A DNA stretch of 64,000 nucleotides from Spirochaetia bacterium (GCA_963677595.1 OY782041.1:672001-736000); one strand, 5' to 3'. Numbered from the stretch's first letter, positions 1 through 10,132 are shown. Notes: generated from the sequence alone by a model not told the origin. Numbers and translations: made by a program.

Positions 1-10
1 GGAACCGACT

Positions 11-628
11 ATGATGCTGGCAGTATTTGCCCCGCTGCTTTTCCTTGGTGAGATATTCCCAGCAGTCCATTACCATCACGATGCTGCCAAGCCTGTTCTC
101 TGGAAGGTGCTCCCCTGGGCGCTAGCGGGTCTCGTGATCGGTGCTGCTGCAGGCACCCGCTTCTCGGAAGAAGGTTTCGGGCTCTTCATCGCTTTTACCA
201 TCGTATCCATGGGGATCCTGCTCACATTCATGGAGTTCCACCCCTTCAGCCTGAGAGCTGGTCATGAGATGTGGTTTCGTATCTTTCTCGGATTGCTTGC
301 TGGAGTCGTGGCAGTCATCGGGAATGTTGCAGCAGGGATCACGAACATCTACCTCCTCTACCACATCAGAGAGAAGAAGGCATTCATCGGGACAAACTCC
401 CTGCTCTACCTCTTCATCACCGGGGCTAAGATCATCATCTACCTGCTGTTCTGGAGGATCCTCTCTGCAGAGACACTGCTTATCTCGCTCTGGCTGCTGC
501 CAACCATAGCGCTTGGTCTGGTTGCCGCTACCATCCTTGTGAAGGTCATCCCGGAACGGGTCTACCGGTACATCGTACTCGGGTCAGTCTTCTATGCCGG
601 GATCGCCATGTTGGTGAGGTACCTGTAG
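11..628 (+). CDS. Sulfite exporter TauE/SafE family membrane protein (possibly 5'-truncated by window edge)
   Basis: Highly hydrophobic 205 aa ORF with TauE-like segments (LAGVVAVIGNVAAG, KKAFIGT, PERVYR); frame is open back to the window start. Confidence 0.7.
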   Translation: MMLAVFAPLLFLGEIFPAVHYHHDAAKPVLWKVLPWALAGLVIGAAAGTRFSEEGFGLFIAFTIVSMGILLTFMEFHPFSLRAGHEMWFRIFLGLLAGVVAVIGNVAAGITNIYLLYHIREKKAFIGTNSLLYLFITGAKIIIYLLFWRILSAETLLISLWLLPTIALGLVAATILVKVIPERVYRYIVLGSVFYAGIAMLVRYL

Positions 629-630
629 GA

Positions 631-1353
631 TCAGCTCCCCTGTATGATACCGAAGACCCTCTCCGGGATCTCCTTGAGCTCTTCGTCATCCATCTGCGCC
701 GTATTGATCGGCTCGTGGATGGTAAGGGTGACAGGTGTTATGAGCTTCATCCCCTTGCGCTGCTCCATGACCTTGTAGGAATCATGGATGGTGATCGGGA
801 TGATTGTAGCCTTGGCTCTGGTAGCCAGCTTCATGCTGCCTGCCTTGAACTCGCCGAAGTGGTCGCCTTTACTCCTCGTACCTTCGGGGAAGATCACGAG
901 CGGGTGGCCGCCCTTGATCACCTTTACTCCGTCGAAGATGGCCTTGATCGAGGATCGGGCACTGGAACGGTCGATGAAGACGCAGCCTAAGGCCTTCATC
1001 CAGCTGTTGAGTACCGGGACCTTCGTCAGTTCTATCTTGGCGACGAAGCCGAGCAGGACCGGGATGTAGGTGACGATCATCGGGATATCAATGTAGCTCT
1101 GGTGGTTGGAGACGAAGCATATCTTCCGGTCCTCAGCCGGTATGTTCTCGAGCCCCTTGACGATGACCTTCCCCCCTAACGATACGACGATCCCCCTGGA
1201 GAGGGCTGAACCGTTGAGCCGCAGCCAGGTCTCCCCTGCCTTCTTGAGCCCGATGAGGCTCAGCAGCTTCGCGGGGAGTACCCCGATGATGAGCGATACG
1301 ATAAAATGGAGGATGATGTAGATGGCCGCAAGGACAAGCTGGATCATTTTCAT
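631..1353 (-). CDS. plsC: 1-acyl-sn-glycerol-3-phosphate acyltransferase
   Basis: NHQSYID, FIDR and IFPEGTRS acyltransferase motifs. Confidence 0.9.
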   Translation of the reverse strand: MKMIQLVLAAIYIILHFIVSLIIGVLPAKLLSLIGLKKAGETWLRLNGSALSRGIVVSLGGKVIVKGLENIPAEDRKICFVSNHQSYIDIPMIVTYIPVLLGFVAKIELTKVPVLNSWMKALGCVFIDRSSARSSIKAIFDGVKVIKGGHPLVIFPEGTRSKGDHFGEFKAGSMKLATRAKATIIPITIHDSYKVMEQRKGMKLITPVTLTIHEPINTAQMDDEELKEIPERVFGIIQGS

Positions 1354-1365
1354 GGCAGTCCGCTC

Positions 1366-3081
1366 CTATCGAAAGTTCTTCTGGTACAGTTTGGCATAGA
1401 TTCCGTTCATTGACAATAACTCATCATGCTTCCCGGACTCAGAGATCTCTCCATCAGAGAGTACGATGATGGTATCAGCATGCTTGATGGTACTGAGCCG
1501 GTGGGCAATGACGATGGAGGTCCTGCCCTTGGCAAGTCGTTCGAACGCCTCCTGGATCACGGATTCAGACTCCGCATCTAGGGAAGAGGTCGCCTCATCG
1601 AAGATGATGATGCTCGGGTCCTTGAGGAAGACCCTCGCGATCGAGATCCGCTGTTTCTGTCCCCCGGAGAGCTTCACGCCCCGCTCGCCTACCAGGGTTT
1701 CAAAGCCCTCGGGCAAGCCCTCGATGAACTCGAGGATGTTAGCAGCCCGTGCCGCCTCGACCATCTCCTGCTCAGAGGCATCGGGCCTTCCGTAGAGCAG
1801 GTTGTCGGCGATCGTGGAATCGAAGAGGAAGACATCCTGCTGGACCACCCCGACCTCCTGACGAAGGCTCCTCTGGGTGACCTCGGAGATATCCTGCCCA
1901 TCGATCCGTATGGATCCGGACTGGGGTTCATAGAACCTCGGGATGAGGGATGCCAGCGTCGTCTTCCCTGCCCCGGACTCCCCGACGACTGCATACTGCT
2001 TCCCCCCGGGGATCGTGAAGCTTATATGTCTGAGAATATCATCGGGGGAGGACTCATAGGCGAAGGTCACCTCCTCGAAGGAGACCTTGCCTTCGGTCAC
2101 CTCGAGCTCTACGGCATCGGCATGGTCGACGATGTCAGGCTCAGTATCCATAACAGCGATGAACCGCTCGAAGGCGGCAGTCCCCTGCTGGTACTGCTCG
2201 GTGAAGTTGATCAGCCGGTCGATCGGCGGCAGCACGATCCCCACATAGAGGATGAAGGTCACCAGGTCGTAGACCTCGACCTGCCCCCGCGAGATGAGGA
2301 CGACCCCGCCGGCGACGACGGTGAAATAGTAGAGTTCACGAAACAGCGACATACCGGCATGGAACCGTGCCATGACGGTATAGACCCGCTCCTTCGCAAG
2401 CTGAAAGGAGTTGTTGCTCCGGGAGAACTTATCCTGTTCGATCTCTTCGTTGCTGAACGACTTGACCTCCCGGATTCCCTGGACTGAGTTCTCCACGACC
2501 GCGTTGATGTCAGCGATCTTCTCGCGGACGTTCCTGAACCCCTTTCGCATCTTCTTCCCGTAGGTCAGGCCCCAGATAAGCATGATGGGAATAGGTATGA
2601 GGGAGACCAGCGATAACGCGGCATTGAATGAGAACATGAACCCGTAGGCACAGGTGATCACGATCACGGAGATGATCAGGTCCTCCGGGGCATGGTGGGC
2701 CACCTCGGCGATCATGCCGAGGTCATTGGTGATCCTCGACATGAGGTGGCCGGTCTTCACGTTGTCGTAATAGGTGAAGGAGAGCTTCTGCAGGTGGGAG
2801 AAGAGATCTCCCCGCATGTCCGCTTCCATCCTGACACCGAGGATATGGCCCCACTTGATCCGTATGAGGTTGGCCAGGCTCCCGGCGACGTAGATGCAGA
2901 GCATCCAGAAGAGGACCAGGATGATCCTCCTCATATCCTGCTGCGGTATGTAGGTCTTGAGCAGGTCCCGTGTCAATGCAGGCAGCAGTACTGCCAGAAG
3001 TGATGAAATGACTGCTACCGCCATGTCCAGGATGAAGAGCATCCTGTGCGGGCGGTAGTATCTGGTGAATCTTCGTATCAT
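1366..3081 (-). CDS. ABC transporter, fused permease/ATP-binding (exporter)
   Basis: N-terminal TM domain; GESGAGKT, LSGGQKQR, IIFDEATSSLD, IAHRLST. Confidence 0.95.
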   Translation of the reverse strand: MIRRFTRYYRPHRMLFILDMAVAVISSLLAVLLPALTRDLLKTYIPQQDMRRIILVLFWMLCIYVAGSLANLIRIKWGHILGVRMEADMRGDLFSHLQKLSFTYYDNVKTGHLMSRITNDLGMIAEVAHHAPEDLIISVIVITCAYGFMFSFNAALSLVSLIPIPIMLIWGLTYGKKMRKGFRNVREKIADINAVVENSVQGIREVKSFSNEEIEQDKFSRSNNSFQLAKERVYTVMARFHAGMSLFRELYYFTVVAGGVVLISRGQVEVYDLVTFILYVGIVLPPIDRLINFTEQYQQGTAAFERFIAVMDTEPDIVDHADAVELEVTEGKVSFEEVTFAYESSPDDILRHISFTIPGGKQYAVVGESGAGKTTLASLIPRFYEPQSGSIRIDGQDISEVTQRSLRQEVGVVQQDVFLFDSTIADNLLYGRPDASEQEMVEAARAANILEFIEGLPEGFETLVGERGVKLSGGQKQRISIARVFLKDPSIIIFDEATSSLDAESESVIQEAFERLAKGRTSIVIAHRLSTIKHADTIIVLSDGEISESGKHDELLSMNGIYAKLYQKNFR

Positions 3082-3103
3082 ATGTTCTATTAATCTGCTT
3101 CTC

Positions 3104-4975
3104 TTATTTCCCGAACAGCTTGGAAAGGAACCCCTTCTTCGGCTTCTTCTCAGGCTCCCTGGCCTCAGTCTTCACAGCGGGTTTCTCCTGCACAGCTGGT
3201 TTCTCTTTCACCGGCTGCTTCGGTTTACTGCCGCCCTGCGGCTGCTGTGGTTTCTTCGGTGCCGAAGGTCTCCCCTGGCTGCCATTCCGGCTGGATGATT
3301 TGCCACCCTGGTTGGATGGCTTGCCGTTCCTGTTGGACTGCTTGCCGTTCCTGTTGGACTGCTTGCCCTTACCTGAGCCGGACGACCGTCTCTGTCCATC
3401 CTTGGGAGCCCCTGAACGGTTATTACCCTTCCCGGACTTCTTCTCGGAAGACTTGTTCTGCTGTTCCTGCTTCGCCTTATCGGTGTTCAGATCCCCTCCG
3501 TAGAGGTTCTTGTAATAGGCCAGGCGTTCATCGAAGGACATCTGCTCGATCTGCTCGAGTTTCTTGTGGCTGGCACTCTGGCCTTTCGGCCTGTGCTGCC
3601 CGGTCCGCTTCCTTCCCTGTCCCTGGCTCTGGCCCTGGTGCGGTCTCCCTTCGCCGCTGCGCTGTCCCTGCTGGCGCGGGGGCCTGGATGCATGCCGGTT
3701 CTCACCCCGGTGTGACTGGGAATTCCGGTTGCCCTGTTTCCCGCGGGAACGGTCCCTGGAGTCTGACCTCCTTCCTCCGCCTCCACGGTAGTCCCGTACC
3801 AGCTGGCTGAATGAGAGGTGGGCACTCTTGTCCTTGACGAGTGGGTACTCTTCCTCATCGGCCCAGACGACCGGTATCTTCATCTGGATATACTCTTCGA
3901 TAGCCTCCAGTCCGTAGACGAACTGTTCACATGCCAGCGTGATCGCCGCCCCGCTCTTACCGGCACGGGCAGTCCGCCCGATCCGGTGGACATAGTTCTC
4001 GAAGTCCTCGGGGATATCATAGTTGATGACAAGTTCGAGGTCATCGACATGGAGACCTCGTGCCGCCACATCGGTGGCTACGAGGAACTTGATCTCGCCC
4101 CGCTTCATCTTCCCGATGACCTGGAGCCGCTTCTGCTGAGGGAGATCCCCCATCAGGGCATGTGCGCCGTACCCGTTGAGTTCGAGCCGTTTCGAGAGCT
4201 CGACAGCCATCGATTTCGTATTGGTGAAGACGATCGCACTCTCCGGTGCATGCTTGGCCAGCAGCCTCAGGAGCAGGGAGAACTTCTCCGACTTGCTCAC
4301 ATGGAAGAGTTCCTGGTTGATCTCCTTGACGGTGACCGTCTCAGGCTCGATCTCGATCTCCTTCGGCTCGTTCATGAAGTCCCAGGCGAGGTTCCTTGCC
4401 CGCACCGTCAATGTGGCGCTGAAGAGCATGGTCTGCCGCTCTTCCCGGTTCCGCATCTTCCGGAACATATCCCTGATGTCGGGATAGAACCCCATATCGA
4501 AGAGGCGGTCCGCCTCATCCACGACGACGACGTCCATCTTCTTGTAGTCGATCTTTCGTGCCTTCTCGTAATCAAGGAGCCTGCCGGGTGTCCCGATGAA
4601 GACATCGACACCCTTCTTCAGCAGCTCATCCTGATGCTTGTAGCCGATCCCCCCGAAGAAGGTCCCGACTCTCAGTTCAGGGAGCCCTTTCGAAAGCTTC
4701 TTAGCGTCCTGTTCGATCTGTACTGCGAGTTCCCTGGTGGGGACTATGATCAGGGCATTGAAGTCGGCGCCCTCGGGGCGCTTCGCATATTGCTCAAAGA
4801 TGGTTATGAGGAATGCTGCTGTTTTTCCGGTACCAGTCTGTGACTGTACCATGACGTCCTTGCCGCCGAGTGAGTGTGAGAATACCCGCTCCTGGACCGG
4901 CATACAGGTCTCGAAGCCAGCATCTTCGATACCTGCGAACGTTTGTTCTGTTAATTGTAGTTCACTGAATTTCAT
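3104..4975 (-). CDS. DEAD-box RNA helicase (RhlB-like) with long basic disordered C-tail
   Basis: QTGTGKT, PTRELA, TPGRL, DEAD, SAT, HRIGRTAR motifs. Confidence 0.95.
   Translation of the reverse strand: MKFSELQLTEQTFAGIEDAGFETCMPVQERVFSHSLGGKDVMVQSQTGTGKTAAFLITIFEQYAKRPEGADFNALIIVPTRELAVQIEQDAKKLSKGLPELRVGTFFGGIGYKHQDELLKKGVDVFIGTPGRLLDYEKARKIDYKKMDVVVVDEADRLFDMGFYPDIRDMFRKMRNREERQTMLFSATLTVRARNLAWDFMNEPKEIEIEPETVTVKEINQELFHVSKSEKFSLLLRLLAKHAPESAIVFTNTKSMAVELSKRLELNGYGAHALMGDLPQQKRLQVIGKMKRGEIKFLVATDVAARGLHVDDLELVINYDIPEDFENYVHRIGRTARAGKSGAAITLACEQFVYGLEAIEEYIQMKIPVVWADEEEYPLVKDKSAHLSFSQLVRDYRGGGGRRSDSRDRSRGKQGNRNSQSHRGENRHASRPPRQQGQRSGEGRPHQGQSQGQGRKRTGQHRPKGQSASHKKLEQIEQMSFDERLAYYKNLYGGDLNTDKAKQEQQNKSSEKKSGKGNNRSGAPKDGQRRSSGSGKGKQSNRNGKQSNRNGKPSNQGGKSSSRNGSQGRPSAPKKPQQPQGGSKPKQPVKEKPAVQEKPAVKTEAREPEKKPKKGFLSKLFGK
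3278..3367. repeat. In-frame 21-bp tandem repeat in helicase tail (two exact plus two degenerate units)
   Basis: cttgccgttcctgttggactg x2 at 3320-3361; encodes GKQSNRN-GKQSNRN-GKPSNQG-GKSSSRN. Confidence 0.85.
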
Positions 4976-5029
4976 AATCCTTACTATATAGGTTTTTACC
5001 AGTAAAGACTATAGGCAGAGGACGAAATA

Positions 5030-5059
5030 GGGATACCCTTTACGGGGAAAGAGCATCCC
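5030..5059 (-). terminator. Probable intrinsic terminator after rloB-like gene
   Basis: Minus strand GGGATGCTCTTT-loop-AAAGGGTATCCC followed by TATTTC. Confidence 0.55.
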
Positions 5060-5081
5060 GTTCCATATAAAAGAATTATCC

Positions 5082-5750
5082 TCAGGCGTCGTACTTGACG
5101 CGGTGCCGCTCATAGAGCTGCCCCTGGGACACGTAACAGCGGCCGCAGACCTCGTTCACGGAACTCATGAAGGTCGGCATGTTCGTTCCCATCCCTTCCG
5201 ATGAACCGAAGGGTACATCATCTACCATCAGCCGGTACTCATTGGCCCGGAGGACGGCTTCCGACTTATGGGGGAAGAGCCGAAGGAAGAACTGGGAGCC
5301 CTCGTCCTCCGAGAAGAACTTCTCCGTCGAACGGTATTCTTCGACCCACTTCCTGACCTGCTCCCCCAGCTCGGTCCTGGTCAGGTCCTTCCCCTCCGGG
5401 ATTCCGAAATGGAGGTGGAACCAGAACTCGATTCCCGGCTGATTGTACACGATATGGATCTTCCTCCGATTTGCGAGCGCAAGCTGGGATGGGAGGAGCT
5501 CCTTCTTGATCTCGAGGTCCTTCGGGTTCACGACACACCACACCTCCGAGAAGCCCTCGATGCGGCGGATCCTGATCGCCTCCTTGACCATGAGCTCAAG
5601 ATTGACTGCCTCGGGACTCTTCGTGACCACCGTCATGTTCGCATAGCGGCAGTCACGGCGCATCTGCAGGAAATAGCGTCTCTCGATCTCATTGCAGGTA
5701 TACACCAGCAGTGGGTTCCTGGGTTCTCTCAGATCATGTTTCCTGGCCAT
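5082..5750 (-). CDS. RloB-like (TOPRIM-fold) protein with degenerate acidic motifs
   Basis: EIERRYF, EVWCVV, NQPGIEFWFHLHF and C-terminal GTNM match RloB family landmarks; stop/start overlap with upstream ATPase. Confidence 0.75.
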   Translation of the reverse strand: MARKHDLREPRNPLLVYTCNEIERRYFLQMRRDCRYANMTVVTKSPEAVNLELMVKEAIRIRRIEGFSEVWCVVNPKDLEIKKELLPSQLALANRRKIHIVYNQPGIEFWFHLHFGIPEGKDLTRTELGEQVRKWVEEYRSTEKFFSEDEGSQFFLRLFPHKSEAVLRANEYRLMVDDVPFGSSEGMGTNMPTFMSSVNEVCGRCYVSQGQLYERHRVKYDA

Positions 5751-6985
5751 CAGCTGCCCTCCTTCCTATTCCTGCGAATACACTCTGACAGGATCGGGAC
5801 CGCCCCGAACGCCCCGTTCAGGTACATCTCCTTCACCGAGTCATCCTTGCGGATCACGAAATCCGCCAGGCTGAAGAACCGGGTCCCCCCTTCGACGTCC
5901 TTCGTCGTCAGCCAGATCTCGTCATACCGGTGCTGTCCCTTGTTCATCGGCGTCAGGTCCACCCCGGTGGTCAGCAGCTGCGACTTACTCAGCCTGGTCT
6001 CATGCGTGAACTTCTGGTACAGCTCCTCAAGTACGGTATCATGGAGCAGCAGACCGAAATCATCAGAGACCAGGAAGAGACTCCTCTGCCTTGCCAGCCA
6101 GGAGACCGCAGCCATCATCGTGATGCGCCTCGTCCCGAGAGACTCGCTGGAGAAGTAGGAGGCATACCGTGAACGGCTGACTCCATGCACATAGACCAGC
6201 CGGTCCTTCTCACCTTCCCGCTCGATGACATTCAGCTCCTTCACATCATTGAAGTCCATAGTATGGAGGAACTCGAGGACCCCATCCTTCATGGAGGGGT
6301 AGCGCTTCATGAAATCGATCAGGAACTGCTCGCTCACAGAGGAGAGCCCGATCGGGATGACGACCAGCGCATCGGACACCCATTGGTAGAATGGGAGGAG
6401 CGATTCGCTCCCTTTGCGGGCAGCACCGCCAATGAAGAGCTGGTTGGGAGCGAGCTTGTTGCTGAACCGCTTGCGCACCCCGACATACTTCTTGCCGTAG
6501 CTGTAGCGATAGACCGGTTCCTTATCGAGACTGATGAGTTCACGGTCGAACATCCTGTTTGTCGCCCTGCCGACCCGGCGGTAGAGCGATTCCCTGTGGA
6601 CCCTGACCGCATCGGCAGAGAGGGTATAGGTGTAGTAGACGGGAAGTCCACTCTCCTCGTCCTCTCCCTGGATTATCTGGACCTGTATGGTACTCGGTGA
6701 GCGCTTGCACGCGACATCATAGGCAAACGCTGCCCCGGCAAGACGATGGAGCGGTTTATCCTCCTGGGAGACGATCATGGCCTGGAGCATCTCCAGGGCC
6801 CTGATGACCGTACTCTTGCCGGCACCGTTCGGCCCGATGACCGAGCAGTACTTGAGCAGGGAGGTTCGTTCATCTACTTCAATGAGATGGTCGGACCTGA
6901 GTCTCCGGTCGATGATAGAATCAAAGGTGAGGGTCTGGGGATTCTTGATCGACCTGAAATTCTCGATGGTGATATCTACAAACAT
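5750..6985 (-). CDS. RloA/AbiLi-like AAA_21 (ABC-class) ATPase with degenerate Walker B and H-loop
   Basis: IENFRSI start, GPNGAGKS, ESLGTRR signature, RYDEIW and YLNGAFGAVP family motifs. Confidence 0.85.
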   Translation of the reverse strand: MFVDITIENFRSIKNPQTLTFDSIIDRRLRSDHLIEVDERTSLLKYCSVIGPNGAGKSTVIRALEMLQAMIVSQEDKPLHRLAGAAFAYDVACKRSPSTIQVQIIQGEDEESGLPVYYTYTLSADAVRVHRESLYRRVGRATNRMFDRELISLDKEPVYRYSYGKKYVGVRKRFSNKLAPNQLFIGGAARKGSESLLPFYQWVSDALVVIPIGLSSVSEQFLIDFMKRYPSMKDGVLEFLHTMDFNDVKELNVIEREGEKDRLVYVHGVSRSRYASYFSSESLGTRRITMMAAVSWLARQRSLFLVSDDFGLLLHDTVLEELYQKFTHETRLSKSQLLTTGVDLTPMNKGQHRYDEIWLTTKDVEGGTRFFSLADFVIRKDDSVKEMYLNGAFGAVPILSECIRRNRKEGS

Positions 6986-7052
6986 GGGCACCCCCTGATA
7001 CCTAGTCTAATACACATCAGGAAAAAAATGTACTGAAAAATGGATTTTCCCC

Positions 7053-7682
7053 TCAATCAAGCCCTAATAACAGCTTTGAGCGGTCATTTTCCTCTTTGAA
7101 CCGGGCCCACCGACCATAATCGATGTTCCCTCGGCGTTTTCCGTGGTTGTCGCTGGCGATGAAGTCCACCCACCCCATATCCAGGTATTTCACGACTTCC
7201 GGGTTAGTGAGCATCTGGGCATTCACCTGGAAGAGCACCCCCATCTCCCGGAGCCGCTGGGCGATGTAGTTCTCGGAAGAGAACCACGCATACCGTTCTA
7301 TATGGGCGAGGATGATCGTCAGCCCCTGCATCTGGAGCTTGAAGACCTCATCAAGGAGGTAGAGCGGCTCGACCTCGGTGTTCGTCTCGATGAGCTGGAA
7401 GCGGTCGAGGAAGGGGATGAACTTCCCGGGGTTCGGGCTCATGTAGAGCTCGGAACCGAGCAGGGCAGTGATCCCTGCCTCACCGGCTGCATCCCTGAAC
7501 CAGGAGAAGGCCTCACGGATCAGGTGGATCTTCGTGGTCACGTAGGGGTCATGGAGGTGCGGCGTGCAGACGATATAGGAGAATCCTGCCTGACGGTACT
7601 CCTCGATCAGGGCAAGGCTCTCTTCCCGCGTAGCGACCCCGTCATCGACGCCGGGCAGCAGGTGGGAATGGATATCGATCAC
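7053..7682 (-). CDS. PHP-family tyrosine-protein phosphatase (CpsB/CapC/YwqE)
   Basis: MIDIHSHLLPGVDDG, CTPH, AHIERY, IASDNH. Confidence 0.9.
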   Translation of the reverse strand: MIDIHSHLLPGVDDGVATREESLALIEEYRQAGFSYIVCTPHLHDPYVTTKIHLIREAFSWFRDAAGEAGITALLGSELYMSPNPGKFIPFLDRFQLIETNTEVEPLYLLDEVFKLQMQGLTIILAHIERYAWFSSENYIAQRLREMGVLFQVNAQMLTNPEVVKYLDMGWVDFIASDNHGKRRGNIDYGRWARFKEENDRSKLLLGLD

Positions 7683-7693
7683 AGGCCATTCTC

Positions 7694-10132
7694 CTATTCT
7701 TTATCATCCGTCTCCGGGCTCTCAGGATTATCCTTCTCAAGCTCGGCGAGGAAATCGTCAGTATGCATCGACAGGACCGAATCCGGGTTGGATGTGACCT
7801 GCTTCTCGTTCTCCCCGATACGTTCGGGATTGACCAGCTTCCACTCTACCAGGTTCCCCTCGTTCCGTGCGAGCGTCTCTACTCCGGAGTGTTTCCGCCT
7901 GGAACTCTTCTTCCTCTTGGAGTAGCCTCCGTACCCGTATTTCTTCTTCTTTCTCCGGCGCTTTCCGGTCTTCTCGCCAACAGAGTTGTAGTAATAGTAG
8001 TACTGGTAGTAGTTATAGGAGTTCTCCCTGGTCATGTCATTCAGGACGATACCGAGGATCGGGATCTCAGAGTTCCTCACCGACTCCCCGGCAAGCCTGG
8101 TACCGTGCTTCGAGGTGATCCCCATACGGACGACCAGGATCATGCCGTCCGAGATCCTTGAGATGATCAGCCCGTCAGAAGCTGCGAGCAGCGGCGGCAG
8201 GTCGATGATGATCCGGTCGTACCAGCGGCCGAGTTCGGCGAGCATCTCCACGAACTTCTCTGAGGCGATCAGGGAGGTCGGGTTCGGCGGCAGGGGACCT
8301 ACCGGAAGCATATGGAGGTTCGGGAGGTTGGACAGGGGCTGAAGGATGAGGGACTTGAGCTCGACCTTCTGCAGCAGGTGGTTCACCACCCCGTCAGTGG
8401 ACCGGTCAAGGCCAAAGGCCTTCTCGATCCTCGGCTTCCTCATGTCAGCGTCGATGATGAGTGTGCGCAGACCGTTCTGGGCCATGGCGATGGCGGTGTT
8501 CGCGGTGATCAGCGTCTTTCCTGAAGCCATCTCGGAACTGCAGACCGCGATCACCTTCGGGGTCTTCACGCTGCTGTAGAGGACGTTCGTCGCTACCAGT
8601 TTGAAGGATTCCGCAGCCGGAGCTGTCGGGTCATTGTTCACGACGAGCTCATTGAGCGGGTCACCCGGGTCTGGATTCATATGCGGGATACGCCCGAGGA
8701 CAGGGATGTTGAACCCCAGCGCCCGGGTGATGGACTCCTCATCCTTGACCGAGTCGTCGAAGGCCTCGATGAGGAAGACGACCAGTACCCCGAGGAAGAG
8801 GCCGAGGAGGACACCGATCGCGAGCATCATCTGCTTGTTCGGCTTGATCGGCCTCGGGTTGGTGATCGCATGGTCGATGATCGTCGAGGTCCCTGATACG
8901 GCAGCCTCAGCGATCTTCGCCTCCTCGAAGTTCTGCAGGAGCAGCAGGTAGAGGTTCTCCTTGACCGTGACATCCCGCTTGAGGTCGAGCAGTTCCTGCT
9001 CGAGAGCAGGCAGGCTGGCCATCTTCTTCTCATAACCGGCCTTCAGCTGGTTGAGGTAGGTGATGTTTATATCGGCCAGGATCTCCTGGGTATAGGCTTC
9101 AGCGATCTGCACATAGTAGCTGCGCAGCACGATGGAGTTCTCGGATGTCTGGGTGAAGAGCACCTTGTCGGTGATCAGGGCCTTGATCTCATTCTCGAGC
9201 TTCACGGCCCGGGTGTTCAACTCATTAGAACGGGTGGTCGAGGTACTCTGCAGGGCATCCTTGTAGCCGAAGAGCTCGAGCTTGGCCGTGGTGAGGGCTG
9301 CGATCTTGCCGCTGATATCAGGGTCCTTCTTGAGCTCATCGAGCGTCGCTACCGTCCCGCCCTGTTCCCGGATGGTATCGGAGAAGACCTTCTGCTTGTT
9401 GCGGACCTCCTCCTTCTGCAGGAGGTAGGGATCGATCTGCTGGTCGTAGGTCGTGATGCTCTCGAGGAGCACCCTTGCCTCCTCGTCAAGGAGGAAGACG
9501 TCGTTCTCCTCCTTGAACTGCCTGAGCTTGTCTTCAGCCTCGATCACGTTCGATGAGGCTGGGACGATCTGGTTCTCGATGAACTCCCGCCTGATGGAGA
9601 AGTCGTTCTGGGCAAGGTCCTTGAGCAGGTTGTTGTAGACGACCGCAAGGGTGTTCGCTATATCACGGGCGAGCAGGTAGTCATCGTGCTCAACCGATAT
9701 CTTCACGATATTCGTGTCCTTGACCGTAGCCACCGATATCGCATTGCTCAGGCTGTTGACCAGTGAGTCGACAGTCAGCGGCGTGGTGTAATTATACTTC
9801 CTGGTATAGGTGTCGATGAGGTCAAGTTCCTCGATGATCTTCTCGAGGTTCCGCCGGGACTTGATTATCTCTACCTCGGTCGCGATCTTGGTGGAGGATC
9901 CTCCAGCCTGGATGGCGAACAGGTCCTCGAAGGAGCTCCCGCTCTGAGAGGGTTCGATCCACAGGGTAGCACTGGACTGGTAGATAGGGGTAGCTTGATA
10001 CAGGTAGGCTACGACCCCGCTCACGACAAGGATAAAGGTCAGAATCAACCACCACTTTCGGTTTATGATGATCCGCAGGATCTCCTTCAGTGAGATCTCA
10101 TTCTGGTCATCCTGGATTATTTGCTGTTCCAA
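7694..10132 (-). CDS. Polysaccharide co-polymerase / BY tyrosine kinase (Wzc-like)
   Basis: Wzz-type N-terminus with 2 TM and coiled coil, SGKT Walker A, IIDADMRKP, IIIDLPP, C-terminal tyrosine cluster. Confidence 0.92.
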   Translation of the reverse strand: MEQQIIQDDQNEISLKEILRIIINRKWWLILTFILVVSGVVAYLYQATPIYQSSATLWIEPSQSGSSFEDLFAIQAGGSSTKIATEVEIIKSRRNLEKIIEELDLIDTYTRKYNYTTPLTVDSLVNSLSNAISVATVKDTNIVKISVEHDDYLLARDIANTLAVVYNNLLKDLAQNDFSIRREFIENQIVPASSNVIEAEDKLRQFKEENDVFLLDEEARVLLESITTYDQQIDPYLLQKEEVRNKQKVFSDTIREQGGTVATLDELKKDPDISGKIAALTTAKLELFGYKDALQSTSTTRSNELNTRAVKLENEIKALITDKVLFTQTSENSIVLRSYYVQIAEAYTQEILADINITYLNQLKAGYEKKMASLPALEQELLDLKRDVTVKENLYLLLLQNFEEAKIAEAAVSGTSTIIDHAITNPRPIKPNKQMMLAIGVLLGLFLGVLVVFLIEAFDDSVKDEESITRALGFNIPVLGRIPHMNPDPGDPLNELVVNNDPTAPAAESFKLVATNVLYSSVKTPKVIAVCSSEMASGKTLITANTAIAMAQNGLRTLIIDADMRKPRIEKAFGLDRSTDGVVNHLLQKVELKSLILQPLSNLPNLHMLPVGPLPPNPTSLIASEKFVEMLAELGRWYDRIIIDLPPLLAASDGLIISRISDGMILVVRMGITSKHGTRLAGESVRNSEIPILGIVLNDMTRENSYNYYQYYYYYNSVGEKTGKRRRKKKKYGYGGYSKRKKSSRRKHSGVETLARNEGNLVEWKLVNPERIGENEKQVTSNPDSVLSMHTDDFLAELEKDNPESPETDDKE

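Noticed and set aside
3278-3367. Short direct repeats as a possible CRISPR array
   Set aside because: Contiguous in-frame 21-bp coding repeats without spacers; no cas genes
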